Both the position numbers and the translations under genes were made by a program. A DNA stretch of 60,846 bases, the filler included, from Squatina squatina (lineage: Eukaryota): the NCBI GenBank assembly GCA_031763465.1. It is 4 parts of 4 records of this genome, joined end to end, with 100 filler letters (N's around TTAATTAATTAA, not from the genome) between each part and the next. Parts side by side here need not be neighbours in the genome. Positions count along the whole stretch, not along the records: positions 46,750 to 60,846 come from JARFOE010000219.1; 3 more parts are not named here. One strand, written 5' to 3'. Below the pieces are notes generated by a model. The model made no database searches. It had not been told where the DNA came from and worked only from the letters and a program-made list of their open reading frames with translations. Positions 53,585-60,846 of this stretch are shown in pieces (position 1 is the first letter of the stretch; each line of letters starts with the position of its first letter).

Positions 53585-55016
53585 CAGCATGCTACCACAA
53601 ATCTTAATACTTGCTCAGCTGAGTCCTGCAGGGATCCTCCAGGCAGTGGATGCGTGGTTTGAGGATGTCGATGTCATGGATCTATAATGTTCCTTGTGGC
53701 AGCATGACTCTCATGTTTGTGTACATGTGCATGGGTTCCGGACCAGAGTCATGAGCCGAGCCATGAATGGATAACCGTTGTTGTCCAGTAGCCAGCCATT
53801 ACTTGCCGTGGTGGGTCAAATACAGCTGGCACAAAAGACTGCTGCAGAATGAAGGAATCATGACTGCTGCCAGGATAATGGGCATTCACCTACATAATGT
53901 GATGCCTGTGGTCGCACACCAGCTGCACACTGAGGGAGTGAAATCCCCTTCGGTTCATGAAGATGGCTGAGTTCACATGAGGCGCACACAAGGCAATGTG
54001 TGTATAGTCAATGGCACCCTGCACCATGGGAAGCCTGCAAACCCTGCAAACCATTGTGCTCACTCTGCCTGCTTGTCACTGGCAAGAGGGAATGAGATGA
54101 TAGTGTTTCTTTTTGTATAGAGAGCCTCACTGACCTCCCTTATACAGGAGTTCACTGCAAACTGTGAGATGTTGCTTATATCTCCAGCAGCAGGAAGGAG
54201 GCAGACATATAAAAGTTAAGAGCCATGGTCACCTTGATAGCCATAGGCAATGCGATCCTTGCCCTGCTTTGAGGTTACAGTTGTAGCTGCAGCAGTTGTC
54301 AGATTTCAGACACAACCTCTTCTGTGAAGTGAAGATGTCTCATGCATTGGTCCTCGCTGAAGTTGAGGAAGAGAAATGCTCCCTAAAGATACGCTGTGGA
54401 TATGGCGTCCTGTTGATATCCCTTCTGCCCCTCTTCCCTCTTCTAGCAGCTGGCGTGATCTCTCTTCATTCTCCCAGTCATTCTCAAAACACAGAGGAAA
54501 GTCTGCCCAGGCCACACATGTCAGCACAAGCTTTTAAATCAACAAAAATGTGCTTCAGCACCAGACAGACCACTTGCTGTAGACTATTCAAACTTTAGTC
54601 AAGTACAGAAAAGCTTCAAAAATGTGTACAATTGCAACAGCTGTCATAAGAAATAAGCGAGCAACTAACTTGTCATTATTTCCTGATTCCTTTAAATAGC
54701 GCTGGTGGAAGATCTGTCATTTTGTTTCACATTGTGTTCAGCTGTGTGAGGTTAAGACAGGGTGTAGGCTGGAGTGGAGAGTTTGAAAATGACAGGGTTG
54801 GCATCAAATCAGCCTCACACACTGATTGATGTCATGACCTGCCTGCTCTGCATGCAGCCAGTGTTCGTTAGGCGTGTACAAGTCCCTTTACTGAAATAGC
54901 CTTCTGTGTACTTGCCATCAGAAGTGTGCGAGTGCAACTCAGACCCCATTTTCGAGCCTAAGTTGGCCACGTAACGCTTACAAAAACGGACACTACACGA
55001 CCCAATTTAGCACCCT
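53585..55016 (-). mobile_element. PIF/Harbinger transposon: degenerate HARBI1-like DDE transposase with upstream region and a terminus
   Basis: MVQGAIDYTHIALCAP…FMNRRGFHSLSVQLVCDH…YPGSSHDSFIL…WLLDNNGYP, with stops and frameshifts; terminus-like agggtgctaaattggg (reverse) at ~55001-55016. Confidence 0.85.
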
Positions 55017-57189
55017 GAATGTAGAAACTTGAGAGATTTTGGCCTGCACTTGCTCCAGGTCCTACTTGAGAATATACACCAGGTAATGGATTTCCATTTA
55101 ACATTATTTTCATACTCTTGTGAAGCTTTCTTTGATGCGGCTATTCTCATGATCTACTTGATGAGGGGCAAGTGTCATCGGTGTTATAAAGCAGCATTCA
55201 AAGATGCATTGGATCATGTGACAAAACCAACTCTAAAAGGAAAATTCACGGCATATATTTATAAAATCATATACTTATGAAACTTGGGAGATATGTTCTG
55301 AAGCCAGGAGAAAATGATAAGTATGCTAATCAGAACCACTTTGAATACAGATTAATTAGAAAATGCATTTGCCTCTATAATTCAGAACCCATTTATGGTC
55401 TCTTTTTTAAATTTGGAGAGTAAATTAATTCTGTTTATAGGGAAGTTATATGAAGGATTTCATGTACTGAATTGTGCCAATTNNNNNNNNNNNNNNNNNN
55501 NNNNNNNNNNNNNNNNNNNNNNNNNNNNNNNNNNNNNNNNNNNNNNNNNNNNNNNNNNNNNNNNNNNNNNNNNNNNNNNNNNCTGAGCTAAAAGTACAGG
55601 TAGAGGAGGAAACTAGAGGCAAGGCTCACCTACAGCCCTAGGCAGTGTCATTACCCACTCAACCACCAGGAGAGCTAAAGCTAGGTGAGGTGTGGCTCTC
55701 CTGGGGACTGAGTGAGCAGGATTAAAGAGCTGTCACCTTCATGGTAGGGACGTGACTCGGTGATTGTGCCATGTGTTCAACCTTCCCAGCAGGGTGTTGC
55801 TAAGATTGAATCAGCTACCTGAGCTGCGCTGGAGGGAGCTTAACATTCTTACAGAAACACCTGAGCCGCTTTAAGGAATGTGGCTAGTTCAGGAAAGCAA
55901 TGATTCACAGCAGACTGATTAAGGTCTCTTACAGCTTGGATTTGTGTTTGAAAGCAGCTGCTTGCATAAAGTAAAGCCCCTATCAGGAGCTGTAGCTCAG
56001 CTGGAAGGTATGGCTTCTCGGTTTCAAGTCTTACCCAAAGATTCACACAGATTTATACAAACATACGCACAACATGATACCTTGTGTGTCACAATATATA
56101 TATTCCCCACCTGAAACCCTGTGATTGCCAGATGAAAAATACAGACCATTTTTGGCGTTTTAACCCCCTGTCCCCCCACTCCTTCCCAGGATGTCTCGGT
56201 CTAATCAAGAGCTTCTAGTTGTTGATCCCCATCAGCAGCTAGAAGGTCCCAGTCTCTGAGACCAGGCATGTAGCTGCAGGCCTCTGTGCCCCAAAGCTTG
56301 ATAAATGGCTGAACAGGAGATACTAGCGCTCACTGGCCCAGGCAGGAGCCATGTACTTTGGGTGTGCTGTTCCTGTACAGTACCAGTACAAGGGAGGGGG
56401 GAACGGCAAGAAAATGAATTCTAATATAGATGATTCTTCTAAACAAAATTTACTCTTCTTAAAGAATATCAATGTCATTAGTCTGATGACGGTTGCTGAG
56501 CAGGCCCGGTGTGACATGCACACCAAGACATCATGCAATCCTGCATTACAGTGCAAGTTGTTGACCGACTGAGCCGGTTCAGCACTTTTAGAAGCTCACC
56601 AGGACACCCACCGAAAGGGGCAAACTCTTTCAACATGGCTTCTTATCAGGCTCCTGGGCATTGTCTTAGAGTCATGCTTTAGTTTGTTTCCCATCCAAGT
56701 TACACAACATCATTTTGGTTCTGTGCTAATGTCCATTGTGTCATACAACAGGTTCACTGGAGGCTGGAGTTTAATTGCACAGGAGATTACTTCATTCAAT
56801 AATTTTTTTTTAGGTGCTAAAAGATATTTAAGGGACTGTGGAATTACTGTTATGGTTCTTTAAACATCGCAGTAATTACTTGGCTATGTGCCACAGTGGC
56901 AATTGCAAGTATTTCAGATTCCACTGGTATTTTCACCATGTGGGTCTAATTACTGGGTTGGATCTAATTACTCAATTAGAAACTTTTGTGCAATTTCTGG
57001 GTCTCTACATTACTAGAATATTCACCACAGCAGGGATTCTATTTCACAAATAGAATATTAATGTTCCTCCTCCCTCAAAGTTTAAGTATNNNNNNNNNNN
57101 NNNNNNNNNNNNNNNNNNNNNNNNNNNNNNNNNNNNNNNNNNNNNNNNNNNNNNNNNNNNNNNNNNNNNNNNNNNNNNNNNNNNNNNNN

Positions 57190-58543
57190 CAGTGAATGCA
57201 ACTTCAATTCCACATTCACCAATAGTCCCACACCTTACCATCCTTCTGATACGAACCATCACAGCATCCTCCTGGCCACCATGCTGAAATGAAATCCACC
57301 ACAAAACAAACTTTATACATCAACCCATCCAATATTACATAAAAATGTCAACTAATCACACCTTAGTACCTGTCTACTGTGTGCCTTTGCCTGTCCTGGT
57401 CATCCGGCAAAGTGCTGTCCCATTGGCTGAAGCATGGCTACTGACTTTCAGTGGGGGAGACTAAAGATGACCTTGCAGGACAACCTCGAACAGCTCTGGG
57501 CGTAGGAGGCCCGGCTGTTGACTGCACCACTTCGGCATGGGTGGCAGCAGTCTGGGCTGGTTAACAGGCAACAGCAAGAGCACTAGCGGAGTGACAGTGG
57601 TGCAATGGAAGCTGAGACATTGCCCATCGCAACCTGCATCATGGTTGGGTCCACAAATGCGATAATGGAGTCGGTCATCAATTCCATGCTGGAAAGGATG
57701 AGCTCCAAGCTCTGCGCAAAGCCCTGTGCAAGGTTGGTGCCAGGCTGCTCCATGCTCCTTGATATTGCACACAGGATTTCTGGCAGGCCTGCCAAGCATT
57801 TCATTGTGCAGATCCATCAGCCTTCTTCTGTGGGCTGGCCCATCAAAATCTTCATCTGAGTCCTCTGCAGCAGAACTTGTGCGTGACATCGCCCTCCGGG
57901 GAGCTGTCACCTGCGCTAACCTTTCCTCCAGCCCTGGCTGCAGGCCACTCCTGCCCAGTGTCTCACCACGTGCAGATCCTGCCTCTAACCTACCCTCCAA
58001 AGTACGCGGAGTGTCAATATCTGAACTGGTGGCTGAGAGTGTGAAATCGAGTGATGCTGTATCTTCAGAGAAAGGCACACGGATAAGGTTGCGGTCAGGG
58101 GAGGGGGGAAAAGCAAGAGGTGCATGGCTACACCATCTTCAGCTTGTAAGCCAGAAGAGATTGTTGGGTGAGGGGGAAATGAGATGTGTGAAGGAGGATT
58201 AGGTATGAAGATACTGTCATCTGCGATGGATTCAGCTCTGCCACTGGCCATGGCCTCATCAGTGACACTTCTGATAATGGCCAGCACCGCCTATGGGGTT
58301 TAGAGCATGCAGGTGCGCCTCTTGCCCTCCGGTTAGTTCCTGCTGCCTTCGGCTGTGTGCCACCTTCTCCTGCAAGAGAGAGAAGTATGTCGGTGAGTGT
58401 CATGCAATATGTTTGGGTGATGTAGCTGTCTTGGTTGAATAGATGGCCGTGTGTGCAGTCTGTGAGATGTGGGTGTGAGGCTTGCAACAGTGGTAAGTGT
58501 GTGAGGGTGAAGTGAAGCCTATGCATGCTAGGTATGAGTCCTG
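57190..58543 (-). mobile_element. Harbinger ORF2 (Myb/SANT partner gene) relic, copy A, downstream exons
   Basis: ttgcag|EKVAHSRRQQELTGG exon at ~58370; homologous to copy B (AQGFAQSLE / GQGFAQSLE). Confidence 0.7.
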
Positions 58544-58643
58544 NNNNNNNNNNNNNNNNNNNNNNNNNNNNNNNNNNNNNNNNNNNNNNNNNNNNNNNNN
58601 NNNNNNNNNNNNNNNNNNNNNNNNNNNNNNNNNNNNNNNNNNN

Positions 58644-60560
58644 TTTCCTATTCTAGTGCTCCTATGAAGTGCTCCCCCAGTGGCTGCAGCATGGTTGTGG
58701 AAGGCTTCTAGCTGCTGACTTTCTGTGGGGGAGACTAGAGGGCCTTGCAGGACTTCCTCAAGCAGATCTGGGCTGTAGATTCAGCACCTCGGCATAGGCG
58801 GCAGCAGTCTGGGCTGGCTGGATGATAGGCAGCAGCTAGGGTACTGGCGGAGTGGCAGTAGTGGGCGGATGAATGTTGTCATCCTGAGAGGACAGCAGCT
58901 TCTTGCTTCACTGAGCCACTGCATCTGCAACTGGGGCAGCGCCTCAACATTCTTAGCCATCTGTTCATGGACAGATTCCTGGCATGCTGTGACACACTGC
59001 AAGCCCCTTTCCACACTCGTAAATCCAGCCACGGTGGCAGCAGTCTGAGCTTTCACTTCAGCACTGAGACGTTGGATCATTTCCGCCTCTGCTGCAATGG
59101 AAGCTACAAGATCGACCATCACACCTCTTACCTTCTCTAATGCTCCGAGGCAGTGCTCCCCCAGCATCATCAGTGGGCACATAAGTTGTCTCCTGGAGTT
59201 ACCCGTCATTTCCATTCTGGGAATCCTGGGCTCCAAGCTCTGCGCAAAGCCCTGTCCAATGTTGGAGTCAGACTCCTCCATGCTCCTTGACACTGATGAG
59301 AGGCTCTCTGGAAGCCTTGCCATTGCACCAAGCATTTCGGCGTGCATGCCCATCACCCTCAGATGATGACCTCGATGGGGGTGGTCTTCAGAAGGAGTCC
59401 TGTGCAGCAACTCGCCCTCCGGGGAGCTGGCACTCAAGCTACCCTTTTCCCCCTAGCCTGGCTGCAGTCCACTTGTGCCCGGTGACGCCACATGCAGATC
59501 CCACCACTATACTACCCTCAAGTCTGCGCAGTGCCATTTTCTGAGCTGCTGTCTGCAAGTGTCAAATGCAGTGCCTTTCCCTTGTTCATCTCTTTCAGTT
59601 TGCTGCTGATGAAGGACAGGCTGTGCTGCTGGGAGTTCTTGGGCATCTGAAAGCAGAAAGGCACAAGGGTTGGGTTGTGGTAAGGGAAAGACAGGGGGAA
59701 AGCAAGATATCCATGCATACACCATCAGCAGCTTGTAATTGAGAAGAGATTGTGGGATGAGGGGAAGTGGGATGTGAGAAGGAGGATTAGGTATGACCAT
59801 GCTGTCATCATCAGCAATGGTTTCAACTTCTACGCTGGCCACGAACTCCGTCACTGCCCCTCCAAAGATTTCAAGGATGGATTTCTCCAGGTCTGTCAGG
59901 TTCTCAATTTTGGCTTAGCCGCCTCCTGTCTGCCGTTGCTCCCTCCTGTTATGTGCCACCTTGGACTGCAAGAGAAAGGGAAGTGTGTGAGTGAGTGTGG
60001 TGCAATGTGCTTGGGTGATTTGCTGGCTATAATTGAATAGCTGTCAGTGTGCAAGGTGTGAGATATGGGTGTGAGTGTTGCAGCAGTGGTAAGTGTGTGA
60101 GGGTGAAGTGAAGCTATGATTGTGAGCTATGAGCAGTGACAGGTGGAGATTGTTGGTTGGTGAGTGATAGGAGTGTGGTGCATTGCACGTGAGGCTTGTG
60201 GTGCAGATGGTGGGATATGGCATTTGCTAAAGCCATCACTCATCTTGACCAGCCGTGTGAGGTCATTAAACTTCTTTCAGCACTCTGTCCATGATCTGGG
60301 GACCACACTGTTGGCCATCACATATGTAGATATCTTCCGCCAGAGCCTTCTAGATGTATAGACAGATGGTTTCCTGCCAGTCTGCGAGAAGAGGACAGCC
60401 TCTCCATGACCACCACCAGTGCCTCCAGAGCCACACAAGAGAATCGTCTCGCTCTCCTTGTGCTGAGGTCCAGCCATCTGCTTCCAGGTGGTGTTTGAAA
60501 TGGATTGACAATGAGGTGGTGTTGCCTCAATACACCTCCCCTTTAAGTAGTGAATAAAGC
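58644..60560 (-). mobile_element. Harbinger ORF2 (Myb/SANT) multi-exon relic, copy B
   Basis: RARRFSCVALEALV…RKPS…RRLWRKISTYVMANSVVPRSWTEC*KKFNDLTRLVK, then ttgcag|SKVAHNRREQRQTGGG*… at 59965; stops and a mutated donor. Confidence 0.8.
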
Positions 60561-60846
60561 CTTGGCTAAACACGAGTGGGTATTTGACTGGACCCGATAT
60601 TGGCTCACCTCTTGAGCGGTAAGCCAATGAGCAGTGGTCTTAACATTGGGATCAGCACTATATAAACATGTTAATGAGGACAAAGCACCAATTTTGCATA
60701 CTACCTGGAGCACTTTGCCCTGGTGCAGCTTAATAGCGTTGGGCCATGAAACTGTCTGTTTTCTGACCATATCCAATCTTTAGCCTGTCACTTCAAATTA
60801 AATCATGACAGTTGGAGAGAAGGGCACAGGTTTAAATCAGCAAAAG

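Overview
Vertebrate genomic DNA, most likely from a shark or other chondrichthyan, judged from the Deu-domain tRNA-SINEs of SacSINE1 type, CR1/L2 LINEs, and Penelope and Harbinger relics. The assembly is very fragmented: many 100-N gaps, plus three N44-TTAATTAATTAA-N44 six-frame-stop linkers (13585-13684, 31286-31385, 46650-46749) that probably join unrelated scaffolds into four blocks. Block 1 (1-13584) has no recognisable gene. Block 2 holds isolated exons of C19orf47, MNX2 (MNR2, last exon) and CFAP65, a decayed viral-type envelope gene and a DIRS RT relic. Block 3 holds SGCE exons 2 and 5 (-) and PPP1R9A/neurabin-1 exons (+), the locus where therian mammals carry PEG10. Block 4 is repeat-rich, with a Harbinger transposase relic and two multi-exon Harbinger Myb/SANT gene relics. 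Top leads: a lokiretrovirus-like env remnant, an in-frame 330-nt candidate cassette exon in SGCE, and a C19orf47/MNX2 juxtaposition that may be a misassembly. All homology calls come from recognising translated sequence from memory; no searches were run.
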